Of a stretch of 26,130 nucleotides of DNA, positions 16,863 through 26,130 are shown piece after piece; the stretch's first letter is position 1, and each line of letters starts with the position of its first letter. The stretch spans positions 1 through 26,130 of IMG/VR virus record IMGVR_UViG_3300030095_004951; one strand, written 5' to 3'. Source of the stretch: a virus (lineage: Duplodnaviria > Caudoviricetes). The notes under the pieces were generated by a model. That model had not been told where the DNA came from and ran no database searches. It was given only the letters and a program-made list of their open reading frames with translations. Both the position numbers and the translations under genes were made by a program.

Positions 16863-18014
16863 GTGTCATTAAATTTTCCAAAAAATCCAGTAGATGGTGC
16901 AGAGTTTTCTCTCGGGGGTAGAACTTGGAGATATAATTCTACCTATGGTGTTTGGGATAAAGTTCCTGACCCTGCGGATGGAGGTGTAGAATCTTTCAAT
17001 GGTGTCACTGGTGCTGTAGTCACAGACGCATTGGTCTTACCGTGTGCAGGTATTTCTGGTCCAAGTGCAATTACTTTTGGAAACGGTGAGCTGATTCGCA
17101 ATAATCCTGATGGTTCAATTCAAATTCTTCCAAATGATGCCGGTGGTAATCATTATGGTATTGAAATTGACTCAACTGAATGGGGATATGGTCCTGTTAT
17201 CACTGGAATTGAGGAGGACGGAACACAAGTAAATAATGCAATTAAGTTTGACTCTGATGTTGTTTTGGGTCTCGATGCTTCGAGCACACCCAGCAGATTG
17301 ATGTTCGATTCCTCCGCAAGTAGAGGGATGCAACTGAATTCCCAAGGTGATGGAACGGTGATGTTTGGTGCAAATGCAGGATATGGTACTTATGCTGTTG
17401 CTGACGCAGCAGATATGCATAGAGCCACGCGTTCAATGTCGGCATCTGATAAACATGCACTCGGGATTACAAACCCACAGTTCTTTGTTTACTCCAAAGA
17501 TGCAGATAATGCAAATGATTACATTCGTATTGAACACGATCAGACAGATGCTAATATTTTCTCTGGTGCTGGTAATATCAACTTGGTTCCTGCTGACGGT
17601 TCTGCTGTTGGTATTTCGGGAGGTATTTCGGCAGGTAATTTACATGTTGATGGTATCAGTCTGGGTGCTGGTGGTATAACTTTTCCTGATGGTACAGGGG
17701 TAACTAGTGCAAATCGCACCGATGGTTACTCTGGACAAATAGAAACTGCCGCCGATAAAACATACACTATTGATCCCAAGGTTCCCACAGCAAGAACAAT
17801 CACAGGATTCTTCATACAATCTGGCTCTGGAACAGTAACTGCAACATTAAAGAACGCAAGTCTTACAGTAAAGGCTGCTAGTGTCAGCACATCAAGTGGT
17901 GCTCAGACTTCACTCGGTAATACTTCGGTTCCAGCAGGAACAACTCTGACAATGGTAACGTCTAGTAATTCATCAGCGACTGATGTTGTGTTTAACATAG
18001 AGTACATATCGTGA
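16863..18014 (+). CDS. Putative virion structural / tail-fibre-like protein
   Basis: N-terminal MSLNFP..P......GGRTW.Y....W, VESFNGVTGAV and GGITFPDGT motifs typical of phage fibres; Gly/Ser/Thr-rich and beta-rich; GTG start. Confidence 0.65.
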   Translation: MSLNFPKNPVDGAEFSLGGRTWRYNSTYGVWDKVPDPADGGVESFNGVTGAVVTDALVLPCAGISGPSAITFGNGELIRNNPDGSIQILPNDAGGNHYGIEIDSTEWGYGPVITGIEEDGTQVNNAIKFDSDVVLGLDASSTPSRLMFDSSASRGMQLNSQGDGTVMFGANAGYGTYAVADAADMHRATRSMSASDKHALGITNPQFFVYSKDADNANDYIRIEHDQTDANIFSGAGNINLVPADGSAVGISGGISAGNLHVDGISLGAGGITFPDGTGVTSANRTDGYSGQIETAADKTYTIDPKVPTARTITGFFIQSGSGTVTATLKNASLTVKAASVSTSSGAQTSLGNTSVPAGTTLTMVTSSNSSATDVVFNIEYIS

Positions 18015-18475
18015 CTCCTAAATGGTTGTTCTTTCCTACGCAAGCGTCTGATCCTCAGTACATCTATGAGGTCCAGACTGATAGAACTGTCTCTCGTGGT
18101 GTACCCTCGAACACTAAGAGAAATCAGGACAGCACTGGAACCGAAAGTGGTAGTCTAGCTGATCAATTTGCTCCCTTTGATACTAGTAATCAATTTGAAA
18201 AGGCCAGTGACAGTATCATTAGATTTAAAGTAAATAATTCAGATACTAGCTCGTCTGAATATGGAACCAAGACATTGATTGGTAATAATATCACTTCTGC
18301 ATCAATGACCGTGGGATCTAGTACATTTACCGCAGATTCAATTTCTATCGGCGGAACCGACGCTAGACCTAGATTTGATTTAACATCAAGTGATAGTTCG
18401 GCAGGACTATTTTGGACTAACAACAATCTTGGTACTACCGACAACATAACTATTACAGTGACACTAACATTCTAA
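18011..18475 (+). CDS. Ser/Thr-rich beta-structured hypothetical protein, possibly virion-associated
   Basis: 154-aa ORF coupled by a GTGA overlap to the fibre-like gene; ends in a beta-strand (ITITVTLTF). Confidence 0.6.
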   Translation: MTPKWLFFPTQASDPQYIYEVQTDRTVSRGVPSNTKRNQDSTGTESGSLADQFAPFDTSNQFEKASDSIIRFKVNNSDTSSSEYGTKTLIGNNITSASMTVGSSTFTADSISIGGTDARPRFDLTSSDSSAGLFWTNNNLGTTDNITITVTLTF

Positions 18476-18491
18476 TACAAGGATCTCGAAA

Positions 18492-18704
18492 ATGCTAAAC
18501 GAAAACATTCAACACTATGCAGCACTCATTAGTGATGTCAACACAATGGCATCAAGAATAAATGCTCTCGCCTATAACTTCAAAGAAGTGGCAGCACCAT
18601 CTACTCTTGATGACTCATTGATTGACAGCCTCGTTCTTGCTGCCACAGAAACGTTGACCGAAGCGAACGCCCTCAAAGGCATCACATTTAATCCAACTCC
18701 ATAA
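18492..18704 (+). CDS. Small helical hypothetical protein
   Basis: 70-aa ORF with an AAGGA RBS upstream that fills the gap before the promoter. Confidence 0.6.
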   Translation: MLNENIQHYAALISDVNTMASRINALAYNFKEVAAPSTLDDSLIDSLVLAATETLTEANALKGITFNPTP

Positions 18705-18732
18705 TTGACTTAGTTCTGTTTTGTGTTATAAT
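18705..18732 (+). promoter_or_regulatory. Sigma70-type (early) promoter
   Basis: TTGACT (18705-18710), 16-bp spacer, extended -10 TGnTATAAT (TATAAT 18727-18732), followed by an AAAGGA RBS and ATG 18755. Confidence 0.85.
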
Positions 18733-18754
18733 GTGAGTGTGAAAGGAATATATT

Positions 18755-19330
18755 ATGTCTGATGACTGGAGCTTTGGTGAAAATATGATGACCGATTTTT
18801 TGGGTTTCTACCCACTACACGACAGCGTGAAACGACCAATCTGGGGGACCGAACAATCTGCCTGTTTCGACTTGTACGCTCACTTTGAGCCGGGTGTGGT
18901 TGTTCGTGGATATGACTCTGTGAACCGTGAGCGTCTGTATGATGTTACTACAGATTCTACTACTGTTACTGGTAGTAATTGTGATTCTTATATTAGTATC
19001 CCTATGCAGAATCGTGTCCTGATCCCTACTGGATTGATCTTTGATATTCCAGAAGGTTTCTCTGTACGACTCCACAGTAGGTCAAGTCTTTCTCTGAAAA
19101 AGGGATTGATGATGGTGAATGGTGAAGGTATAATTGACTCTGATTATTATCATGAGTGTTATATGATGTTGTACAATTCGAGTAACCAGACGGTTAGAAT
19201 TCATCACGGCGAAAGAATTGCACAAGCGGAAATGATCGAGAGCGTTGAATACGAAATTAAACAAATCCCAGAAATACCCACACAAAAGACGAGTCGAGTC
19301 GGTGGGTTCGGAAGCACAGGAGTAAATTGA
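18755..19330 (+). CDS. dut: Trimeric dUTPase
   Basis: All five motifs: SACFDL, RSSL, GIIDSDY, GERIAQ, RVGGFGSTG. Confidence 0.95.
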   Translation: MSDDWSFGENMMTDFLGFYPLHDSVKRPIWGTEQSACFDLYAHFEPGVVVRGYDSVNRERLYDVTTDSTTVTGSNCDSYISIPMQNRVLIPTGLIFDIPEGFSVRLHSRSSLSLKKGLMMVNGEGIIDSDYYHECYMMLYNSSNQTVRIHHGERIAQAEMIESVEYEIKQIPEIPTQKTSRVGGFGSTGVN

Positions 19331-19725
19331 TGAACAGAGAAGAACTACTTATGCATCATGCGGAAGTATGTGCAAGGGCTTTAGAAATCATGCAGGTGAA
19401 GAACCATGACTACGCAGGTAAGGGTGGGGAGCAACCGTTCGCAAACTTTGAACGCTGTGAATCCATGGGAGTTTGTTCAACCGAGCAGGGGTTCCTTGTC
19501 CGTGTGATTGACAAGGTTTCGCGTCTTGCTACTTTCGTAGAAGCAGGAGAACTCAAGGTGAAGGGTGAGACTTGGAAGGATGCGGTCCTTGATATCATGA
19601 ACTACATGATCCTATTCTCAGCCTACGTTAGCGACAAGCAAGGAAATGATCTTCTGAAAACGCAAGAGTTCCTGATTGAAGAATTGAAAGTTTCACCAAA
19701 CACAGTAGAACATCACCCAGTTTAA
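19327..19725 (+). CDS. Nmad1/DUF1599-like all-alpha protein (nucleotide-modification-associated, MazG-like)
   Basis: KNHDYA, PFANF, VRVIDKVSRL, E..KDAVLDIMNY. The start may be ATG 19330. Confidence 0.7.
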   Translation: MMNREELLMHHAEVCARALEIMQVKNHDYAGKGGEQPFANFERCESMGVCSTEQGFLVRVIDKVSRLATFVEAGELKVKGETWKDAVLDIMNYMILFSAYVSDKQGNDLLKTQEFLIEELKVSPNTVEHHPV

Positions 19726-19728
19726 TTT

Positions 19729-22242
19729 ATGGATAACTTTTATACTAACGTCTCTCTTGTTGGTGACGGAATACTTTACAGGGGCATCGAAGATGGTGTC
19801 CCTGTAAAGCGTGTGGTAAAATACAATCCCACTCTGTTCATTCCATCAAACAAAGAATCCCGATTCAAGACTCTTGACGGGAAAGTTGTAGAACCCATTC
19901 AACCGGGTTCTATTTCTGATTGTCGGGATTTTGTCAAGCAGTACGAGGGTGTTCCCAACTTTAAAATCTACGGTAACACTGATTATGTCTACCAGTACAT
20001 CGGTGACCTATACTCTGGTGAACTTGACTATGACATGGACAAGATCTCAGTTGCCCATATTGATATTGAAACTCAGTGTGAACATGGTTTCCCACAGGTC
20101 GATGATCCAGAAGAGAAGGTGATCGGTATCACTCTCTTTGTGAATGGGAACAAGTACTCATTTGGGTTGGGTGATTTCTCTGTTCCGGGTATTGAGTGTA
20201 AGTGTTACGAGTATGAGGAAGATCTGCTTTCTGATTTCCTAGAAGTCTGGAAGAAGGAGTCTCCGCATATCGTGACTGGCTGGAACGTAAAGTTCTTCGA
20301 CATTCCTTATCTGGTTCAGAGAATGAATCGTGTGCTCAGCCCCGTAGAGACTGCACATCTGTCTCCATGGAAGAAGATTCGAGAGAAGCAGATCGAAAGG
20401 GCGAACAGGAAGCACACCACTTTCCAGATTCTTGGTGTGTCTATTCTAGATTACTTGGATCTCTATCGCACATTCACGTACAAGAACCAAGAGTCGTACA
20501 AGCTCGATCACATTACATTCGTCGAACTCGGTGAACGCAAGATGGGATATGGTGAACATGAGACAATCAAGGACTTCTATCGAAAAGACTTTGCTCGTTT
20601 CATGGAATACAATGTCCGAGATGTTGAACTGATTGTCATGCTCGAAGACAAGATGAAGCTGCTTGAGCTTGCTCTTGCTTTAGCGTATTCTGCCAAAGTG
20701 AACTACGAAGATGTTTTCTCACAGGTACGAACGTGGGACCAGATCATCTACCATCATCTCAGGGAAGATAACATTGTTATTCCTCCCAAGAAAGCTGGTA
20801 AGAAAGATGAGCAGTATGCTGGTGCGTATGTCAAAGATCCGATCACAGGTATTCATGACTGGGTTGTTTCGTTCGACTTGAACAGTCTGTATCCCCACCT
20901 GATTATGCAGTACAACATCAGTCCCGAGACCATGATACATCAGATGCAGGATTTCATAATCACACCCAATGCAGTTCTTGGAGAACAATCAGAACAACTG
21001 AAGAAAGCACTCAAGACTCACACAGATAAGAACTATTCGGTGGCGGCAAATGGTACGTGCTACACCAAAGAGTTTGCAGGGTTCCTTCCTGATCTTATGT
21101 CTAAGATGTATGATGAACGTAAAGCATACAAGAAGAAGATGATCGAGTGTCAGAAACGTCAGCAGGCAGGAGAAACCAACCTAGACAATCTGATCACCAA
21201 GTATAACAACTTCCAGTTGGTTCGTAAGATTCAATTGAATTCTGCTTATGGTGCGATTGGTAATCAATACTTTCGATACTATGCGACTGACATGGCGGAA
21301 GCGATTACTACTTCCGGTCAGTTGAGTATCCGATGGGTTGCGGATGAACTCAACAAATTCCTAAACGAGACGGTTGGCACAGACAACTACGATTACATTG
21401 TTGCTTCTGATACAGACTCGGTTTATGTTCGTCTAGGTAAGTTGGTTGATCGGTTCCTTCCAGACTGTGATGACACAAAGAAGATAGTTGACTTCTTGGA
21501 TAGCAGTTCAGAAAAGATCATTCAGCCTCTCATTGACAAGAAGTATGATGAGCTTGCAAAGATGATGAATGCATATGAAAACAAGATGCACATGGGTCGG
21601 GAAGTCATTGCAGAGAGAGGTATCTGGACTGCAAAGAAACGCTATGCACTCAACGTATGGGACAGTGAAGGTATTCGGTACGAAGAACCCAAGCTCAAGA
21701 TCATGGGTATCGAAACGACTCGGAGTTCTACTCCTGCAATTGTGAGGGAGAAACTCAAGAACGCGATCCGTTTGATTCTGACACAGGACGAAAAGGATAT
21801 CCAGAACTATGTTGCCGAGTTCAAGGAAGAGTTCTTTAGTTGTGAGCCAGAGGAGATCGCATTCCCCCGTGGTGTTTCGAATCTTGAGAAGTGGGAGTCC
21901 TCATCTGAGATCTACATTTCGGCAACGCCAATTGCCGTCAAGGGATCTCTCATATACAACCACTATATCAAGAAGCTAAAACTTGAGGAAAAATATGAAA
22001 AAATTCAGCAGGGTGATAAGATCAAGTTCATCTATCTGAAAGAGCCTAATCCCATCAGTGGTATGAAGGGTGATAAGGTGATCTCCTTCCCAGCAAGTAT
22101 ACCAAAAGAACTTGATATCCACAGGTTTGTAGACTATAATATGCAATTCACGAAGAGCTTTTTGGATCCCCTCGAAACAATACTAAATGTTGTTGGATGG
22201 AAGTCTAAAGAAGAGGCAACTCTGGAAGGACTGTTTATATGA
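19729..22242 (+). CDS. gp43: Family B DNA polymerase
   Basis: Exo DIET, GWN..FD, YN..D; pol motifs SFDLNSLYP, KIQLNSAYG, SDTDS, KKRY. Uninterrupted. Confidence 0.98.
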   Translation: MDNFYTNVSLVGDGILYRGIEDGVPVKRVVKYNPTLFIPSNKESRFKTLDGKVVEPIQPGSISDCRDFVKQYEGVPNFKIYGNTDYVYQYIGDLYSGELDYDMDKISVAHIDIETQCEHGFPQVDDPEEKVIGITLFVNGNKYSFGLGDFSVPGIECKCYEYEEDLLSDFLEVWKKESPHIVTGWNVKFFDIPYLVQRMNRVLSPVETAHLSPWKKIREKQIERANRKHTTFQILGVSILDYLDLYRTFTYKNQESYKLDHITFVELGERKMGYGEHETIKDFYRKDFARFMEYNVRDVELIVMLEDKMKLLELALALAYSAKVNYEDVFSQVRTWDQIIYHHLREDNIVIPPKKAGKKDEQYAGAYVKDPITGIHDWVVSFDLNSLYPHLIMQYNISPETMIHQMQDFIITPNAVLGEQSEQLKKALKTHTDKNYSVAANGTCYTKEFAGFLPDLMSKMYDERKAYKKKMIECQKRQQAGETNLDNLITKYNNFQLVRKIQLNSAYGAIGNQYFRYYATDMAEAITTSGQLSIRWVADELNKFLNETVGTDNYDYIVASDTDSVYVRLGKLVDRFLPDCDDTKKIVDFLDSSSEKIIQPLIDKKYDELAKMMNAYENKMHMGREVIAERGIWTAKKRYALNVWDSEGIRYEEPKLKIMGIETTRSSTPAIVREKLKNAIRLILTQDEKDIQNYVAEFKEEFFSCEPEEIAFPRGVSNLEKWESSSEIYISATPIAVKGSLIYNHYIKKLKLEEKYEKIQQGDKIKFIYLKEPNPISGMKGDKVISFPASIPKELDIHRFVDYNMQFTKSFLDPLETILNVVGWKSKEEATLEGLFI

Positions 22243-22430
22243 GAGTAGACATAGAATATAAAGATCTTATATTTCTACAAGCATATCTATTAGAACAATC
22301 ACAAGATCTAGATAAAATAGTCAAGGAGTCTTACATGGATGAAGAGACTCCATTAGAAGAAATAAGTTCGCTGGGCAAGATAAGAGATGATCTCAATAAA
22401 ATTGCCTCGGAAATCAAGAAACAACTTTAG
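22239..22430 (+). CDS. Small acidic helical hypothetical protein
   Basis: 63-aa ORF with ATGA overlap on the gp43 stop, ending at the uvsX RBS. Confidence 0.65.
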   Translation: MRVDIEYKDLIFLQAYLLEQSQDLDKIVKESYMDEETPLEEISSLGKIRDDLNKIASEIKKQL

Positions 22431-22440
22431 GAGAAATAAT

Positions 22441-23502
22441 ATGAGTGATTTTTTAAGTAACATTGTAAAAGAATCGGGTAACCAATATGCAAACATTATA
22501 TCAGAAGGTATTGAGGGAAGCGATGTCGATGGCTTCGTTGATACCGGATCTTTTGCATTTAATGCTCTTCTGTCTGGTTCTCTGTATGGTGGAATTCCTA
22601 ATAATAAGATTGTCGCGATCGCTGGAGAATCAGCCACTGGAAAGACGTATTTTACACTTGGCATCGTACACAAATTCTTGTCTGATAATCCTGACGGTGT
22701 GGTACTTTATTTTGATACTGAACAAGCTGTAACTTCAGAAATGTTTGCTGACCGTGGCGTTGATCCTAATCGGGTAGCCGTGTTCCCTGTCGCAACGATT
22801 GAAGAGTTCAGACATCAGGCTATTACAATTGTTGATAAGTACCTTGAACTTTCTAAGGGTGAAAAGAAGCCCATGCTCATCTGTCTTGACTCACTTGGTA
22901 TGTTGAGCACAGATAAAGAGATTGCTGACACTGCTGATGGTAAGGGTACTCGTGACATGACACGAGCACAGATGGTGAAGTCAACCTTCCGAGTCCTGAC
23001 TCTCAAGTTGGGTAAAGCAGGTATCCCACTCATCCTTACCAATCATACCTATGATGTGATTGGTTCCATGTTCCCACAGAAGGAGATGGGTGGTGGTTCT
23101 GGACTCAAGTATGCAGCATCTACCATTGTGTACCTTTCCAAGAAGAAGGTCAAGGATGGTACAGATGTGATCGGAAACATCATCCATTGTAAGCTGTACA
23201 AGAGCCGATTCACCAAAGAAAATTCTATGGTCGATGTTCTTCTGAACTATGATGAAGGACTGAACCCATACTATGGTCTTGTTGATATTGCCCTCAAGTA
23301 TGAAATCTTCGATAAGGTTTCGACTCGGATCCAACTCCCAGATGGAGCCAAAGTCTACGAGAAGTCTATCTACAAGGATCCCGAAAAGTACTTCACCGCA
23401 GATGTGATGGAGAAGCTCGAAGTTGCAGTAAAGAAAGAATTCATGTATGGTAAAATTGGTGCAGATGAAGAAGAAACCGAGGAAGTAAATGAAAGTTCCT
23501 GA
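22441..23502 (+). CDS. uvsX: RecA-like recombinase UvsX
   Basis: [33 protein letters not shown]. Start placed at ATG 22441 after AGGAG. Confidence 0.97.
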   Translation: MSDFLSNIVKESGNQYANIISEGIEGSDVDGFVDTGSFAFNALLSGSLYGGIPNNKIVAIAGESATGKTYFTLGIVHKFLSDNPDGVVLYFDTEQAVTSEMFADRGVDPNRVAVFPVATIEEFRHQAITIVDKYLELSKGEKKPMLICLDSLGMLSTDKEIADTADGKGTRDMTRAQMVKSTFRVLTLKLGKAGIPLILTNHTYDVIGSMFPQKEMGGGSGLKYAASTIVYLSKKKVKDGTDVIGNIIHCKLYKSRFTKENSMVDVLLNYDEGLNPYYGLVDIALKYEIFDKVSTRIQLPDGAKVYEKSIYKDPEKYFTADVMEKLEVAVKKEFMYGKIGADEEETEEVNESS

Positions 23503-23824
23503 GTATCGCTACGTTGATGAAATAACCGAAGGAAATGTTCCAATCGAAATTACTGATGGACATTACAAGGGTATCGTGCTAAGATATGATCGTGTGGTTC
23601 TCGAAGAGAAAGATGAGAATCTACACTTTGATTATGACTATGACATCATCGAAAATCCAAATAAAGAAGAAGTTACAGAAGAACTTCGTGACGTGTTTAC
23701 GAATATTTTGTTGTCCGTTCTAGAAGAACAAATAACTGACGTACCCGAAGATTTGGATATACTGAAAGAGGCTAGTAGTGAAGAACATAGAGTTAGTAAT
23801 ACTTCAAAATCTGATATACAATGA
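23489..23824 (+). CDS. gp40-like (head vertex assembly chaperone-like) small acidic protein
   Basis: Size and position between uvsX and gp41 match T4 gene 40; sequence support is weak. Confidence 0.45.
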   Translation: MKVPEYRYVDEITEGNVPIEITDGHYKGIVLRYDRVVLEEKDENLHFDYDYDIIENPNKEEVTEELRDVFTNILLSVLEEQITDVPEDLDILKEASSEEHRVSNTSKSDIQ

Positions 23825-25190
23825 TGAGTTCTCGCGGAAGGTGACTCCCTTCCTAAAGAAGGAGTACTTCCATGATCAGATTGAAAAACTTGTCTTCGGT
23901 GCAATCCAAGACTTCATATCTACATACAATGCGCTTCCCACCAAGGAAGCGATTGTTATTGATCTGGACAAGAAAACTAGCCTGACAGAACCTCAGTTTG
24001 AAGAACTGGGGAAGCTCATGGAAAGTTTGACCGACGAGGATGTTCCGGAGCTTGATTGGTTATCATCACAGACAGAAGACTTTTGTAAAGATAAGGCGGT
24101 TTACAATGCGATCATGGAGTCAATCCACATCCTTGAGGACAAATCAGACTCAAAGACACCGAATGCAATCCCAGAAATTCTCTCCGATGCCCTTGCAGTC
24201 TCGTTCGACACACACATCGGACACGACTATATCGAAGACGCAGAAGAAAGATACGACTTCTACCACCGAGTAGAAAAGAAAGTCCCATTTGATCTTGAGT
24301 ACTTCAACACCATTACTGGTGGTGGGACTCCACAGAAGACTCTGAACATCATCATGGCTGGTACGGGTGTTGGTAAGTCCTTGTTTCTTTGTCACCATGC
24401 AGCGAACTGTCTGACTCAGAACCAGAACGTTCTCTACATCACATGTGAGATGGCAGAAGAAAGAATTGCAGAGAGAATTGATGCGAATCTTTTTGATATG
24501 ACAATCGATGATGTACAGGATCTTCCTCGGCAGATGTACTACAAGAAACTTGAGGGATTCAAATCACATCTCAAGGGTAAACTTATTGTCAAGGAGTATC
24601 CGACTGCGACTGCGAATGTGAATCACTTCAGAGCACTCCTTGATGAGCTTTGGATGAAGAAGCAGTTCAAGCCAGACATCATCTTTATTGACTATCTCAA
24701 CATCTGTGCCTCTGCTCGTCTCAAGAATGGAAGTAACGTGAACTCGTACACCTACATCAAAGCGATTGCAGAAGAACTGCGTGGTATGGCTGTTGAGCGT
24801 TCTGTTCCTATCTTCTCTGCAACACAGGTCAATCGTACTGGGTTCAACAACAGTGATGTTGGTCTCGAAGATACCTCAGAATCATTCGGTCTACCAGCAA
24901 CCGCAGACTTTATGATCGCTCTGATATCGACTGAAGAACTTGAAGAGAACAACCAGATTATGGTCAAACAATTAAAGAATAGATACAATGATGTTGCTTC
25001 AAACAAGAAGTTCATCCTCGGTATTAACAGAGGGAAGATGAAACTATATGACGTTGATAAAAATGACCAGAGTGGCCTACTTCAAACCAACCAAACAAAA
25101 GACACCAAAGCTGGGAATGGGCTTGATGGACGAAACTTCGATGAAAAGTTTTCTCCTTCAAAAGGAAAGTTTGAAAGCTGGAGCATCTGA
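23778..25190 (+). CDS. gp41: Replicative DnaB-like helicase
   Basis: GHDY, AGTGVGKS, EMAEE, VKEYPT, IDYLNIC, ATQ.NR, SESFGLPATAD, KQLKNRY. Confidence 0.98.
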   Translation: MKNIELVILQNLIYNDEFSRKVTPFLKKEYFHDQIEKLVFGAIQDFISTYNALPTKEAIVIDLDKKTSLTEPQFEELGKLMESLTDEDVPELDWLSSQTEDFCKDKAVYNAIMESIHILEDKSDSKTPNAIPEILSDALAVSFDTHIGHDYIEDAEERYDFYHRVEKKVPFDLEYFNTITGGGTPQKTLNIIMAGTGVGKSLFLCHHAANCLTQNQNVLYITCEMAEERIAERIDANLFDMTIDDVQDLPRQMYYKKLEGFKSHLKGKLIVKEYPTATANVNHFRALLDELWMKKQFKPDIIFIDYLNICASARLKNGSNVNSYTYIKAIAEELRGMAVERSVPIFSATQVNRTGFNNSDVGLEDTSESFGLPATADFMIALISTEELEENNQIMVKQLKNRYNDVASNKKFILGINRGKMKLYDVDKNDQSGLLQTNQTKDTKAGNGLDGRNFDEKFSPSKGKFESWSI

Positions 25191-26130
25191 TGTCGTATTA
25201 CATCGACAAAAAATTCATAAACCTCGCATCAGGTAGCCTTCAGCAGTTCAAGTGGAAGAAAGAAGATTTAGCAAATTGTAGATGTCCGATATGTGGAGAT
25301 TCAACAAGGAATAAAACAAAAGCTCGTGGGTACTTTTACAAGAAGGGTAATGACTTCTTCTATAAGTGTCACAACTGTGGTGTGGGTCACTCACTCTACC
25401 GTTTCTTAGAAATGGTATCACCACTGCTGATGAAAGATTACTCTGTTGAGAGATGGAAGAATGGAGAAAATGGAAATTCAAACTATAAAAAACCAAAGGA
25501 AGAAAGTATGTTTGGTGGTCTGTCGTTCAAGCCAAAATTTAAAACTAACTCAGTCTTACTGAATGATCTAACTCGGATTAAAGACCTAGATCCTTCACAT
25601 AAGGCGTATCAATTCTGTAAGATGAGAAAGATCCCAGAGAAGTTCTATGACATTCTCTACTATACCAATGACTTTGGTACGTGGATGAAGAAGCTAGACC
25701 CAGAGTGTCTTGCGCTTGGTGCAGAGGAACGTCTTATCATCCCTTTCTTCAACAAGTCAGGTGATGTTGTCGGTGCTCAGGGTAGACTTCTCTCATTCAA
25801 GGGAGAAGAGACTGCTCGGTTCAGTGCTCGTTATATCACAGTGAAAGCCGACAAGAGCATTGACCGTCTATGGTATGGACTCTGGCGTGTCGATCCCAAG
25901 AAGAAAGTCTATGTGGTCGAGGGACCAATCGACAGCCTGTTCATCCCTAACACAATTGCAATGGTTGGTGCTGGTGCGATAGAAAATCTACACGACAGGC
26001 TTATTGGTACTGAAGTAGTTTATGTTCTGGATAACGAACCACGGAACAAACAGATCGTAAACTACATGGACAGGCTTATTAACAAGGAATGTAAAATTTG
26101 TATCTGGCCTACCAACATGAAAGAAAAAGA
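25190..26130 (+). CDS. gp61: DNA primase (partial, runs off the window; absent from the ORF track)
   Basis: ATG 25190 overlaps the gp41 stop (TGATG). Reads MSYYIDKKFIN...NCRCPICGDS...RGYFY...YKCHNCG (Zn finger), RLIIPF, QGR, and TOPRIM VVEGPIDSLF and LDNEPRN. Confidence 0.96.
   Translation, partial: MSYYIDKKFINLASGSLQQFKWKKEDLANCRCPICGDSTRNKTKARGYFYKKGNDFFYKCHNCGVGHSLYRFLEMVSPLLMKDYSVERWKNGENGNSNYKKPKEESMFGGLSFKPKFKTNSVLLNDLTRIKDLDPSHKAYQFCKMRKIPEKFYDILYYTNDFGTWMKKLDPECLALGAEERLIIPFFNKSGDVVGAQGRLLSFKGEETARFSARYITVKADKSIDRLWYGLWRVDPKKKVYVVEGPIDSLFIPNTIAMVGAGAIENLHDRLIGTEVVYVLDNEPRNKQIVNYMDRLINKECKICIWPTNMKEK

Noticed and set aside
2683-22430. Classical T4 glucosyl-hmC system
   Set aside because: No recognisable dCMP hydroxymethylase, alpha/beta-glucosyltransferase or gp56 dCTPase in the window.
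22387-22440. N-terminal extension of UvsX given by the ORF track
   Set aside because: It overlaps the upstream ORF; an AGGAG RBS precedes ATG 22441 and MSDFL is a typical start.
19729-25190. Inteins, introns or homing endonucleases in gp43, uvsX or gp41
   Set aside because: The ORFs are continuous and of normal length, with no splicing or endonuclease motifs.
283-25496. Numerous short minus-strand and alternate-frame ORFs in the track (60-132 aa)
   Set aside because: All lie inside well-supported + strand genes and show no recognisable motifs; they are shadow ORFs.
1-26130. CRISPR array, tRNA/ncRNA genes, stop-codon recoding
   Set aside because: Coding density is nearly complete under the standard code, no intergenic gap exceeds about 50 bp, and no periodic repeats were seen.

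Overview
The window is part of the replication module of a large T4-like (Tevenvirinae/Kyanoviridae-style) myophage, with every credible gene on the + strand. The order is: end of gp45 clamp, gp44, [sulfotransferase, GroES-like], gp62, regA, a ~16 kb insertion, dUTPase, Nmad1/DUF1599, gp43 polymerase, uvsX, gp40-like, gp41 helicase and a partial gp61 primase. The insertion between regA and gp43 (2683-18704) is a gap-free operon of about 20 genes. It encodes GDP-sugar biosynthesis (two Gmd paralogues, a perosamine-synthase-like aminotransferase, a ColD-like His-type 3-dehydratase, a truncated DegT protein and a cupin), about nine apparently soluble glycosyltransferase-like proteins (GT10 x2, GT2, GT47, GT32, GT2-TPR and others) and two methyltransferases. 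It ends in Ser/Thr/Gly-rich fibre-like structural genes. The leading hypothesis is a phage-encoded system that builds a modified deoxy-sugar glycan on virion proteins; DNA or host-surface modification are the alternatives. All family calls come from motif recognition by eye, not database searches.
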